DNA of 64,000 bases from Savitreella phatthalungensis (taxonomy: Eukaryota): the NCBI GenBank assembly GCA_051599415.1, contig AP039700.1:1-64000 (forward strand), read 5' to 3'. The translations under genes and the position numbers were made by a program. Shown piece by piece: positions 52,433 to 63,575 of the stretch (position 1 is its first letter; each line of letters begins with the position of its first letter). The notes below the pieces were generated by a model, which was not told where the DNA came from, did not search any database, and was given only the letters and a program-made list of their open reading frames with translations.

Positions 52433-54613
52433 CTACATATCCATGGAGAATGGTTCAGTCTCGCCAGCGACACTGCCTTCTTTGGTCGAGCCTTCAGCGT
52501 CTGTCGTTGATCTGGACGTCCTTCGGCGTGTGCGTGGTTCGCTCGCATCTGTTTCCTTGGACAGGTGACTGGCAGTGGCAACGACGGCATCCCGGTGCTC
52601 AACCGCCAGAGCAGGACGGTCCTGCTTTCGTTCCTGCTCATGATCTTGGCGACGAGGCCGTGATTCCTTGTAAGCTTCTGAACAATCGGCGGTCGCTGTC
52701 TCCTGGCTGTCGTCTTTGAGACGCGATTTCTGGCTGTTTGCAAGCACGCCATCGATCGTGCTGCTTCCGCTCTCCTCGGCACCATCCGCACTCTCACGCC
52801 GCTGGGCGAGTGTAGACATTGACAGGGTGCTTGGTACACGTGGAAGGCCGAGCCTTGCGGTTGTCGATGGGAGGCGTTCCATCGGCGCCGCACCGACACC
52901 GATTCCGCTCCCTGCAGATGACGATGGCGGCGTGCCGATAGGCGAACGTATCAATTCTCGTTCCTTATGCTTCTGGAAGAGCGCTCCGAATCGCGAGGAT
53001 GAAGGGGAGTTGCCCTGAGATCGTCCTTCTCCAACTGCGGCAAATGGGCCGCCGGGGGACCCTGCGGATGCTGCCAAGTAATTGGTAGCGTGCGGACTGC
53101 TTATGGGAGGACTAAACGGACCAGTTGCACCAGGAGATTTCATGCCGCCCTGGTTGGAGCTTTGTTTCACGTCGCTCGTGTCCAAGGATAGATTGATCAA
53201 TGATCGGGAAGCGGCGACGCCGGAGAATCTCCGTTGTCGTTCTGCTGGTGTCAGGAGTTCATTGAGCGATGATGGGACGAATTCCTCCTCCTCTCCATGG
53301 AAGAGATCGGATTCTGAGCCATCTTGAGCTCCTGTTACATGGGATGCACCGATAGCAGAATTGCCGCGCGACAAAGCTTGAGATCGTCTTTCGAAAAGAC
53401 CTCGAGACATTGAGAGACTGCTGCTGCGTGGAGAGGCCCCGAGTGAGGGTGACATCGTAGGACGAGAGCTACCGCCAATGCCATTGCTATCGATCATCGT
53501 GGCGCCGGCGCCTAAGAGCCTACCATCGGAAGAGGTGATGCCAGCGAGATTCGATGACGACGGACCTCGATGTGGCGAGGTTGCAAAAGGACTGGCAGGC
53601 CCGCTAGCGAACGCGCTCGATGTGTAGCCGCTCGGTTGTTGTCCGGTGGAGCTGCCATGGATCTGTTTAGACATGTTGTTGCTAGAGCTGCTGTTCTGTG
53701 GTCGCGCGAACGTGGACGCGTGTGGCACTGAGGCTGCGACCGGGCCATAGCGTGCGTAGTACGAAAGGCCATTAGTGTCTAGACTGGCCGGTAATTGTGC
53801 GTCGAGAGGTCCAAGTGGCCTCGGCGGGACGAACGAGATGGGCGGCGAAGAACCGACACCAGAAGTTTCTCGCAGGGAAGCTGCGCTACCATTGCCAAAA
53901 TGCCCGAGTCCTGCGGTGAATGAGCCAGACTGACTCAGGACAGGTCGCCATGAATGACGTCGGTGGGATGCGTTCGGCTCGGTCTCGTCCTCGGTACGTT
54001 GAAACGACATCTGGGCGAGATCTTGCTTTCCGGCTATTTGGGTCGCCTGCAGGACGCCGGATTGTGCCGAAGGAGAATTCATTGCAATGGGCGAAGTGCT
54101 GGCCTGGAACAAAGAATTGAGTCCCGAAGTCTCATAATGCCGTGCTTCTGGGACAATTCTTCGACCAATGCTAAGGCCACCATTGGGATACATTGCTTTG
54201 CTCGATAGGTCTAGAGGCGCTGGTGCTGCAGGTTGCAGAGGAGATTGTGGCTCCTGCTTCGGAGGAGCATTGACGCGTCTTCCATCTGGCAGTATATGAG
54301 CGAGAGCACACTTTGCGCCAAAGCGACAGTTGCCCTTCTGGAAGTATTTGCAGGGTATCCGCTCATCGGCGTCTGTCGCGTGCGAGAAGATGCAATTTCT
54401 GCCTGCTGTGCACTGACCCGAACGGAAGAACTTGCAAGGGACATGCTGTAAATTCTTCGCAGCTGAAGGTGGCGACCGAGAATGTGTTGCTGATGCGGGT
54501 GGCACATTGTCCCGGCTGGTTGCGAGATTCGGGACATGAGCGGTGGGTGAGTCTGTCAATGTTGGATTTGCTTGTTGCCGGCTTGGCCTTTGACGTCCTG
54601 CTTTAGCACTCAT
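52433..54613 (-). CDS. Tandem CCCH zinc-finger protein, Cps3/Lee1-like
   Basis: LQHVPCKFFRSGQCTAGRNCIFSH and PCKYFQKGNCRFGAKCALAH, plus the EEEFVPSSLNELLTP.ER.RR motif. First ATG at 54613. Confidence 0.85.
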   Translation of the reverse strand: MSAKAGRQRPSRQQANPTLTDSPTAHVPNLATSRDNVPPASATHSRSPPSAAKNLQHVPCKFFRSGQCTAGRNCIFSHATDADERIPCKYFQKGNCRFGAKCALAHILPDGRRVNAPPKQEPQSPLQPAAPAPLDLSSKAMYPNGGLSIGRRIVPEARHYETSGLNSLFQASTSPIAMNSPSAQSGVLQATQIAGKQDLAQMSFQRTEDETEPNASHRRHSWRPVLSQSGSFTAGLGHFGNGSAASLRETSGVGSSPPISFVPPRPLGPLDAQLPASLDTNGLSYYARYGPVAASVPHASTFARPQNSSSSNNMSKQIHGSSTGQQPSGYTSSAFASGPASPFATSPHRGPSSSNLAGITSSDGRLLGAGATMIDSNGIGGSSRPTMSPSLGASPRSSSLSMSRGLFERRSQALSRGNSAIGASHVTGAQDGSESDLFHGEEEEFVPSSLNELLTPAERQRRFSGVAASRSLINLSLDTSDVKQSSNQGGMKSPGATGPFSPPISSPHATNYLAASAGSPGGPFAAVGEGRSQGNSPSSSRFGALFQKHKERELIRSPIGTPPSSSAGSGIGVGAAPMERLPSTTARLGLPRVPSTLSMSTLAQRRESADGAEESGSSTIDGVLANSQKSRLKDDSQETATADCSEAYKESRPRRQDHEQERKQDRPALAVEHRDAVVATASHLSKETDASEPRTRRRTSRSTTDAEGSTKEGSVAGETEPFSMDM

Positions 54614-56707
54614 GTCTGTGTAGCTGCAGCCAGGAAGACTAGAGTTCAAATGGCAGCCAGATCAAATGTGTATCTGTGCGGAGCTCTCAGCGGTCTCTGT
54701 GATGTTTGACCATACTGGAGAAATCGTCTATGGAGAGACCGAGGAGGAGGAGGTTCAGTCTGGCTGAAGAGTGAAATTCAGATGAGATGGAGCGCTCAAG
54801 GTGATATTGATCTTGAATGATACAAGGATGAGATGTTGATGTTGATGATGATGATGGAGGATGTATTTTGTGGAGTTGGAGGTGGGGACTCAGGAAGAGT
54901 CCTAGTTGATCAGAAGGAATCCGAGGAGGAACAGGCAATAGGGGAGGATGTCTTGGCGCGGGCGCACGCGTGTGTATGTAACTGAGTGTATGTGGGTGTA
55001 TGTGAGTGGATGGATGTATACGGGTGTATGTGACTGGGCGTGAGTGCGTTAGTGAGTGTGATTGTACACTGATCACGAATGAGTCTTACCTGCATGGCAA
55101 AAGAGAGTGATCCACAGTGAGCAGACAGATCGATCAAAGTTAATCACTTCCAAGTCGGTGGGTCAAGTCATATGTGACACCAGTTTGATTGATACGGGCA
55201 GGTGGGTCTACCCGGAGGATTTCTGTAACTGATTAGATTAATATCAATCTGAATCCAGTCTAATTGGAGTGTATATAGTATCAGCATCGATGTAGTGGAA
55301 TTTAGAAGATCCAACCTGGAACAGATTCAAATCGTTCTCCACAGTAAAATGTGGTATAGTTTCAGAGGTTGAGACCAGTACCAGTGCCAGTACCAATACT
55401 ACTGCGACTGCCACACCCGCTTTCACTATACATACGATTCACAATGTTTCCGCTCTTATCTTGATTCCCTTTCAGAATTGGACTCTTGATAGGCCCGGGC
55501 AATGTCGAAGTGGTACTTACTGAGAGCATAAATTCCTCTGACTGATCTCATGATCTGCAGTAGTGCTATCATGGAAGAGAGATTGTAAGTGATGTGATCA
55601 CAAATCAAATCCCCCTCCAATTTACCGAGCCCGGCTTTAGATACCTATCCAAAACTAATTGAATACATTTGGAGTGATTCCACCGGGTGATGCCTAAGCA
55701 AGGTAATTCAATCTCTGACAAATTCAAGGTCGAGTGAATCCGCAACACTGTGGAACCAGATCGAAAGCCCCACCGACTATTATGCAGAATCACAACTTGC
55801 CATGCTCGATCGTTTCCAGCTAGTGGAGTGGGAGCAATAGCCGCCCCTCTGGGACATCCCAAATATGCCTATAATTCTGATGGAGTGCTAAAGCAATATG
55901 ACCACCATGCAATTTAACAACTGCCTACCATGTTCTCGTAGTAGTTAGCAACTTCTGCTACCACAACATGAAGAACATCATCAACGAAGGCTGGATCGAA
56001 ATAACTTGCTCGTCCAGTCGTGCGCCAAAGCTGGCTGGTAAGCTCACCGTAGGAGCCAGTCGACAGAGACGTTCATGCACCAGAGTATTCGATAGTCCGT
56101 GGACCATCGAGGAAATTCTCTCCCGAAAACGTTCTGGTGGTGAAGAACTAGAATATGAGATTGGGACTTAACTTGACCAAGAACTATGTGCGCCCGCGTT
56201 CACGTCGAGCTATCCATATATATCTATGCATATGCGTGCTCATGGCACATTGAATGTGCTGACATGTGACCTGAGGTCTAAAGAGCCACATCATCGATGG
56301 GCTAAGCCACAAAACACGTGATTAGGATTGCGGTTGCGCGCGCCTGGTTCAGACGGGACCAACACGTCGACTGGTTGACCACGATAGAGCCAAACGCGCC
56401 CGCGAACATCAGGTCAAAGCAGGACCTCCATCATACCTTGTAGCGTGTACTCAGCGGCAGTGCCGAGCTTGAACTGCCCAACTCAGAGGCTTTCATCTCC
56501 CTATCCGCAGGCATTCAAGGTTCAAAAGTCACACTTAAGGACGTATTGATCACCTGAGCTGTTCCACGCCCGGAAGTGTGAACCCTATAGATCAGCCGTT
56601 ATCTGCTGGCCAAACGCATCGACCAGCACCTCGGACACACTGGTCCGGAGACTTGACGCAACGTTCTCCTGAGAATTCGACTCACCGACTCGTGACTCTA
56701 GCACATC

Positions 56708-59700
56708 ATGTTGTCCACCCAAGGTCAAAACATGAACATGCTCGTCAAGTTCGAGTCGAAGTCCTCCCGCGTCAAGGGCGTGGCCTTCCACCCAAAATTC
56801 CCCTGGCTACTGACCTCCCTTCACAATGGCTGCATCCAGCTCTGGGACTACCGCATGGGCAGTCTGCTCGAAAGATTTGAAGAGCATGACGGCCCTGTTC
56901 GCTCAGTCGACTTCCACAGGACACAGCCACTCTTCGTGTCTGGAGGTGATGACTACAAGGTCAAGGTCTGGAACTATCGAACACGCAAGTGTCTCTTTAC
57001 ACTCTCCGGTCATCTCGACTACGTCCGCACCGTCGCATTCCATCACGAGTATCCGTGGATCCTCACCTGCTCAGACGATCAGACAATCCGGATATGGAAT
57101 TGGCAGTCGCGTAATTGCATTGCCCTCGTCTCTGGTCACTCGCACTACGTCATGTCTGCTCAATTCCACCCGACAGAAGATCTCATCGTGTCCGCCTCAC
57201 TCGACCAGACCGTCCGCGTTTGGGACATCTCCGGCCTGCGCAGGAAGAATGCCGCCCCACAGAGCACCTCCTTCGAGGAACAGCTGGAACGGGCAAGCGC
57301 TCAGCAAGCTGCAGACCTCTTCGGCACCACAGACGTGGTTGTCAAATACGTGCTTGAGGGACATGACCGCGGCGTCAACTGGGCATCGTTCCATCCTTCC
57401 ATGCCGCTCATCATATCTGCTGCAGATGACCGCACGGTGAAGCTTTGGCGAATGAGTGCCACAAAGGCTTGGGAAGTCGACACTTGCAGAGGACACTTCA
57501 ACAATGTCTCCGCAGCTATCTTCCATCCGCGGCTGGATGTAATGCTATCAGCCGGCGAGGACAAGACTATCCGCGTCTGGGACACGAACAAACGGACTGG
57601 AATTCAGAACTTCCGACGCGAGAACGATCGCTTCTGGGTGATCGCAGCACATCCTGAGCTCAACCTGCTGGCTACTGGTCACGATAACGGCGCTATGATC
57701 TTCAAGCTCGAGCGCGAAAGACCAGCTTATGCCGCGGACAAAGACCAGCTCTACTTCATCGACCGGTCTAGCAAGCTGATGACTTACAACTTTGCGACTG
57801 GCGATGTGAACGACGCCTATCTGACATGCAAGAAAACCGGTCCGGCATGGGAGCACCCTCGAACGCTCAGCTTCAATCCTGCCGATCGCTCTGCGCTCAT
57901 TGTCGCCTCAGAAACTTTCTCACTCGGACAATTGCCCTCGACTAAGCAGACAGTCGACATGAGTGCATTCGGCAAGAGTGGTCCGGCACTCTCCGCAGTC
58001 TTCGTGACACGCAACAGATTTGCCGTTCTCGACAAGTCAAAGCAGACAATTGAACTTCGTGATATGAATAATGCCGTCACGAAGACCATCAAGACGCCTG
58101 CAGCCACAAACGAGATCTTCTACGGTGGACCGGGTAATATCCTGCTATCGACCAACAACGATATTGTGCTGTGGGACGTGCAACGTGGCAAGGTAGCAGA
58201 ATTGCCATGTCCACGCGTCAAGTACATCTCATGGTCCAATGACGGTCAGCACGTCGCGCTCATCAGCAAACACAATATTCTCATTGCCACGAAAGCTCTC
58301 GTCAAGGTTTGCAACATCCACGAGACCATTCGTCTGAAGAGCTGCGTCTGGGACGACTCGGGTGTCCTGATCTACAACCACTTGAACCACCTCAAATACT
58401 CTTTGGTCAATGGCGACAAGGGAATTATCAAGACGCTCGACGATACAATCTATTTGACCAAAGTCAAAGGCAGGCAAGTCTTCTGCCTCGACCGACGCGC
58501 TCAGCCACAGACGATCGACATCGATCCGACAGAATACCGCTTCAAGCTTGCACTGGTCAAGAAGAACTACAGCGAGATGTTCAGCATCATCCAGAATTCC
58601 AACTTGGTCGGTCAGGGCATCATTTCCTACGTCCAGGCCAAGGGCTTCCCAGAAATCGCACTACAATTCGTCCAGGATCCTGCAACGAGATTTGAGCTCG
58701 CTGTGGAGTATGGCGACCTCGACATCGCTCTGCAGGAGGCCAAAACATTGGACAAGCTCGATGTATGGAAACAACTTGGTATTGAGTCCCTACGACAGGG
58801 TAACGCAGCGATCGCTGAGCTTGCTCATCAGAAGCTCAAGAGCTTCGAGAAGCTTTCTCTTCTCTACCTCGTTACGGGCGAGAAGCAGAAGTTGCAGAAA
58901 ATGGCTCGGATCGCGGCTTCTCGCGGCGACTTCACCGCGCAGTTCCAAAATTCGCTCTATCTCGGCGATGCAGCTGCACGTGTCGAGACGTTCAGACAGG
59001 CTGGCATGTACTCGCTCGCTTACCTGACGGCCAAGTCCCATGGTCTCGACACCGAGGACATCTTGGCTGAAGCCGGCGTTACAGAAGAGCAGATCACCAT
59101 GCCAACGAGCCAAGGGCAGCCTCTTGCGCCCCTTGAGCCGGTTGCTCGCGACGAGGCAACAGCCAAGCAGGCCTGGCCATTGAAGCCTCTGGGAGATTCC
59201 AACCTCGAGACCTTACTCACACGCTCAGGTTCTCCTTCCGGCACTCGCGAAGATGGGGAAGACTTCTTCTCTGGGGACGCTGACGCCTCGCGAGCCTCAA
59301 AGGGCATCGAGGGAGATGACCAGGACGGCGACGATGGCTGGGATATGGCTGAGGTCGATGGCGACGACGGCGCTGACGATGCAGACGCAGATGCCTTCCA
59401 CGACGACGATGTCTTTGGCGAGGCGCAGGAGCCAGCCACGTCAGAGCTCGAGCGCTGGCAACAGTCCTCTCTCGCGGTCAATCACATTGCCGCCGGCAGC
59501 CTGGAAACAGCCATGGCACTGCTCAACCGCCAGGCAGGTATCGTCGACTTTGCGCCACTAAAAGACCACTTCTCCCAGATAATCGTACGATCGCAAGCAT
59601 ACATGCCAGCTAACATCAACCTACCGGCGATGCCAGTCAACGTTCGTAACAACGTCTACGCAGCCGACGAGGAGTCTGATCACTTGACATCTTCAGCGCC

Positions 59701-60424
59701 TGCGGCTCGCGATGTCACGGAACTCGAAGACAGCCTTGTGGCCGAGGGCTTCCGACTCTTCCGATCCAACAAGCTGGCCGAGGCTGTCGAAGCGTTCCGC
59801 TCAGCGCTCTACGCATCGCTCTTCCTGAGTGTCGAATCTCAGGAGGAGGTCCGTCGCGTAGACGAGCTTGTCGAGACGTGCTCGCGGTACATGCGCGCGC
59901 TCTCGATCGAGCTCCGTCGTCGAGAGGAGTTCCCCTCTTCGGCCGAGGTGCCAACGGACGACGAGGCCGGACGCCGCAACCTCGAGCTCGCAGCCCATTT
60001 CGCCTGCTCGCCAATGCAGCCTGCCCACCGTGCACTCGCGCTCCAGAATGCGATGAACGTCGCCGTCAAGGCGAAAAACCTTCTGACCGCGGCCGAGTTT
60101 GCTCAGCGACTGCTCTCGGTCTCCGGAGGCTCTGGCAAGGCTGGTGACGCTGCAAAGCGCATCATCTCACAGAGCGAGCGCACTGGCAGCAACAAGGTCG
60201 CCTTTGAATTCGACTTTGACGGAGCGGAGCGTGGAGCAGTCGAATTGGACGCCCACACTTTCCACCCAATCACCGGCAGCGCCGCCAGATCAAGCTGCCC
60301 GCTCTGCAAGGCTCGCTACGATGCCGATGCTGTCAACTCTCCAAGGGGCAAGGCATGCGGGATTTGTAAGATCGGTGGCGTTGGCTTGCCAGCCGCAGGT
60401 CGACGTGTCATTGAGCGTCGCTAA
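56708..60424 (+). CDS. COP1: Coatomer subunit alpha
   Basis: MLVKFESKSSRVKGVAFHP, WD40 repeats (FVSGGDDYKVKVW, LEGHDRGVNWASFHP), IDPTEYRFKLAL, C-terminal Cys cluster. The start could be a slightly downstream Met. Confidence 0.97.
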   Translation: MLSTQGQNMNMLVKFESKSSRVKGVAFHPKFPWLLTSLHNGCIQLWDYRMGSLLERFEEHDGPVRSVDFHRTQPLFVSGGDDYKVKVWNYRTRKCLFTLSGHLDYVRTVAFHHEYPWILTCSDDQTIRIWNWQSRNCIALVSGHSHYVMSAQFHPTEDLIVSASLDQTVRVWDISGLRRKNAAPQSTSFEEQLERASAQQAADLFGTTDVVVKYVLEGHDRGVNWASFHPSMPLIISAADDRTVKLWRMSATKAWEVDTCRGHFNNVSAAIFHPRLDVMLSAGEDKTIRVWDTNKRTGIQNFRRENDRFWVIAAHPELNLLATGHDNGAMIFKLERERPAYAADKDQLYFIDRSSKLMTYNFATGDVNDAYLTCKKTGPAWEHPRTLSFNPADRSALIVASETFSLGQLPSTKQTVDMSAFGKSGPALSAVFVTRNRFAVLDKSKQTIELRDMNNAVTKTIKTPAATNEIFYGGPGNILLSTNNDIVLWDVQRGKVAELPCPRVKYISWSNDGQHVALISKHNILIATKALVKVCNIHETIRLKSCVWDDSGVLIYNHLNHLKYSLVNGDKGIIKTLDDTIYLTKVKGRQVFCLDRRAQPQTIDIDPTEYRFKLALVKKNYSEMFSIIQNSNLVGQGIISYVQAKGFPEIALQFVQDPATRFELAVEYGDLDIALQEAKTLDKLDVWKQLGIESLRQGNAAIAELAHQKLKSFEKLSLLYLVTGEKQKLQKMARIAASRGDFTAQFQNSLYLGDAAARVETFRQAGMYSLAYLTAKSHGLDTEDILAEAGVTEEQITMPTSQGQPLAPLEPVARDEATAKQAWPLKPLGDSNLETLLTRSGSPSGTREDGEDFFSGDADASRASKGIEGDDQDGDDGWDMAEVDGDDGADDADADAFHDDDVFGEAQEPATSELERWQQSSLAVNHIAAGSLETAMALLNRQAGIVDFAPLKDHFSQIIVRSQAYMPANINLPAMPVNVRNNVYAADEESDHLTSSAPAARDVTELEDSLVAEGFRLFRSNKLAEAVEAFRSALYASLFLSVESQEEVRRVDELVETCSRYMRALSIELRRREEFPSSAEVPTDDEAGRRNLELAAHFACSPMQPAHRALALQNAMNVAVKAKNLLTAAEFAQRLLSVSGGSGKAGDAAKRIISQSERTGSNKVAFEFDFDGAERGAVELDAHTFHPITGSAARSSCPLCKARYDADAVNSPRGKACGICKIGGVGLPAAGRRVIERR

Positions 60425-60846
60425 AGTCATCAGCCCTCGCTTTATCCCAATAACCACTCAATGCCTGTTCACAGATAAAACTGCGTCATTACAATTACAA
60501 CAGCTAGCGCTTCAATCAATCACTTTTTTCACTGCAAGACCGGCGGACGTTCGTGTGTTAAGATCAGGGTAGATGCAAACACTACGAGGGATGTAAGAGT
60601 GTGCTCAAAGATAGGAATAAGATGCTCGCAGTCGCCTGGACAGACAGAAGCCGAAGCTAATCGTTCGACTCTATGGTAGAGAGAATTGAAGTGAAAGTGG
60701 AAAGTAGGGAAATGAAGAAGAGGGTGGTCGATATGATAGACGGTCGTCAGACTTGTGGATATTTCGATCGAACCAGCAAATGACTTGGCTGTGTTCCAAG
60801 TAGAGAAGTTGGGACGGAAGCATGTGCATTCGTACATGGCAAAGCT

Positions 60847-62196
60847 TCATTCATTGCAGGTCTGCAAGCTGACTTTTTGCAGTGGCTCGCCAGCAACGTC
60901 GGCCTGGGAGACGATGCTTACACCTGTAGACTGGCCACTGATGTCGGCTGACGAGAAGCGAGACATTGTCGAGTGGTCAGTGCTAGCGCCACTGCCGTGC
61001 AATGTGCGGTCTGCAAAGTAGTGGGATGCTCTGGGCGAGAGAGAAGATGGCGTCATTGGCGACCACCACCAGCCAGCGGAGAAGCTACTGCCTCCGTTCG
61101 CGTGCGCTTCACGTTCTTTGTGAGTCTGGGACAGCCAGTTGCTCGTGAATGTGTGCGGCGAGGAAGCCGCGACCGTGGCCGGAGACGATGGTCCTGTGAA
61201 GGTCCCAGTCGATGACAAGGCTGGCGTGCCAGCTGGCAGCATCGATGGAGATAAGCCTGGAGCTCCCCAACCAAAGCTGTAGCTCTGCGACCGGCCGTGA
61301 CTTCCGCGACCACCGAATGAAGGACGGTGTATGGACGTAGACGTTTCGCCGCTGGTGGAGTTGAGGCTGATCTGAGAAGAGATCGAGCAGGCGCGAGAGC
61401 GGCGACCGTGAGCGCGGGTGAGATCATCCACGGTTGGGCGTGCCGCGCTCTCCGACTCGCGGCGCATTCGATCTTCCTCCTCGCGGATACGATGGAGCGG
61501 TCCGTTGCGCTGGTCAAGCTTGAACACTCCCAGATCGGCTTCGTCCACGGGCGGTGTCAAGCTGACACGATTGATCACAGCTGAGGTGTGGCGCCGTTCT
61601 CGACGTGGGCTGTCAGTCTTTCGATAAGCAGTGTCAACTGACTCAGACTTGAGTGCCGAGTCAGTTGAGTCAGCCGGGAAGAGAGCAAGGCCACTCAAGT
61701 CGACCGTGAGCTTCGGAGGCGAAGCAGGATCTTCCTGAGAATTATCACGTGGCGACTTATCTCCATGGCTGACAGACATGTCCGGGCGATGAGAGGAAGA
61801 GCCAAAGGTCACCCGTCGAGGACGAACGCGCTTGCCCGGATGGGTCTTTTGAGCGCGAATGACCTGCGAGTCAGCCTTTGAAATCGAGTAGTCCTCGCTC
61901 TCGGAGGAGAACGCCGAATCAGAATCGGCGGTGCACGGCGCCTCGTCCTCGCTCGCGGTACTGGAGAGCGATGAAGGCGAGAACACGAGGGAAGGACGCT
62001 TCCCGTGTAAGGCGCGATGAGCCGCCACGATGGCTGCCTGATGACGATTGGCCTGCGAGCTGTCACTTGTCGCGATCGTCCAGGCCTTTGTAGGCTTGGC
62101 ACCTGGGATCGAAGTGATGCGAGATGAGCTGCCTGTCTGGAGGCTGTGGCCGGATGTGGTGGCGTTCGTGGTAGAAGGAGTATGAGAATCGCCCAT
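60847..62196 (-). CDS. Hypothetical Ser-rich, probably disordered protein (449 aa)
   Basis: Long ATG-initiated ORF with many RRxS/SP sites and an RRVTF (PP1-docking-like) motif; no recognised domain. The 3' end may be spliced. Confidence 0.65.
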   Translation of the reverse strand: MGDSHTPSTTNATTSGHSLQTGSSSRITSIPGAKPTKAWTIATSDSSQANRHQAAIVAAHRALHGKRPSLVFSPSSLSSTASEDEAPCTADSDSAFSSESEDYSISKADSQVIRAQKTHPGKRVRPRRVTFGSSSHRPDMSVSHGDKSPRDNSQEDPASPPKLTVDLSGLALFPADSTDSALKSESVDTAYRKTDSPRRERRHTSAVINRVSLTPPVDEADLGVFKLDQRNGPLHRIREEEDRMRRESESAARPTVDDLTRAHGRRSRACSISSQISLNSTSGETSTSIHRPSFGGRGSHGRSQSYSFGWGAPGLSPSMLPAGTPALSSTGTFTGPSSPATVAASSPHTFTSNWLSQTHKEREAHANGGSSFSAGWWWSPMTPSSLSPRASHYFADRTLHGSGASTDHSTMSRFSSADISGQSTGVSIVSQADVAGEPLQKVSLQTCNE

Positions 62197-63496
62197 AAGC
62201 AGTCACAATCGAGCTTGCAGAGCTTGCCGATTCGAGTGTTCTTATACTGCAGAACACTGAAGCAGGAATATGTTCGGGTCAACGGCGATGTGCGAGGCCG
62301 AGCAATAAAGTCCAGATAAACGCCTGTCGTATAAAGTAAGAGCTGTGGGCGTGGCGAGGTGTTCAACGTCGCAAGCCTCGTCTGACTCGTCAGGATACTC
62401 GCGTGTCAGAGCTGATCTATCAAGCTGCTACTTGCGAGGTCGAGCTTGGGCTGTCTTGACCTTGAATCAGGAGGACGAAAGGTTGCAAGTGTGATGAGTG
62501 TCCGTTTAGGATAGCTGTTGAACTCTTGTTCACCTGCCCGAGCTTGCAAGGTGAAATGAAGATGCGCACACGAGCGAGGCGACTGGAACGCACGCAAAGC
62601 GAAGCGGAGATGTCGAGTTAGAGATTTCTGAATTTGCGTGCAAACGTGAGCAGAAGCGTGTGCGTGAGACGTGGTTGTAGCCTTGCTAGACTTGACCGGT
62701 CTCGGGTTGACAGAGAGGCTGGCAGGGCGGCCGTCTGCAGGCGCAGATGTCTGATCACCGGCGCTCAGTCGCGGACACGATGGAACGTCAGGAGCAAAGC
62801 CGACTGGATTCAAAATCTGATGGCTGTAACAGAAGCAATCAGAAACCTTGAAGTTTGGACAGGCGCAGTGGAGTCACAAGTCAAAGTGAAGCTCGTATTG
62901 TTCACCTTCGATTGAGCCAGACAGTCAAAGACAACGTGGCTCGTGACCTTGTGGGATGACTTGCTGAGGACAAGCTGACCTGCAGGTTGAGTGAGAAAGT
63001 GCGATAGGTCCGTGCGTTGTGAGGGAATGCGTGGATTTTGATTGTCTAGATGTGCAATCTATGCGAAACGCTGGTGAGCAAGTCCGTGCGCGCAAGGTTG
63101 ATGCGGTCTGGTCGAAGCCTCTGTTTCCTGCACTACGACTGTGATTGTTGCAGGTAGACGAGTCAGGGAGACAGGTAAGAGAACAATCGTTCGAGTGTTA
63201 GAGTGGAGTACGGCAGAAGGGCGAGTAGGAGATTGTTCGATGGGCTTTGAGGGTCGATGACGGATAATTATATGACGATGAGAGATCGCCCTGCCTTGCC
63301 TATTGGAAGAGAGGGAACCGCAACTACAGGAGACCTACAAGGACACAGAAGGGGAAGTATGTGGGATCTAGAGATGGACGGAAATGGACGAGGTCGAATG
63401 CTGAGGATGTCGTGCCAATGCGTTTCAACTGCAGATCAATCACAGCAGCTATAGTTAACCATGTAAGCGCTCAAGCGTGGATCTGTGTTCGTATAG

Positions 63497-63575
63497 CCAA
63501 GCAAGGAAGCACGCAAGCAAGGCAAGGAAAGGCAAGGAAAGGCAAGGCAAGGCAAGCAAGGCAAGCAAGTAAGCG
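63497..63575. repeat. (AAGGC/AAGC)n microsatellite
   Basis: caagcaaggaagcacgcaagcaaggcaaggaaaggcaagg... Confidence 0.8.
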
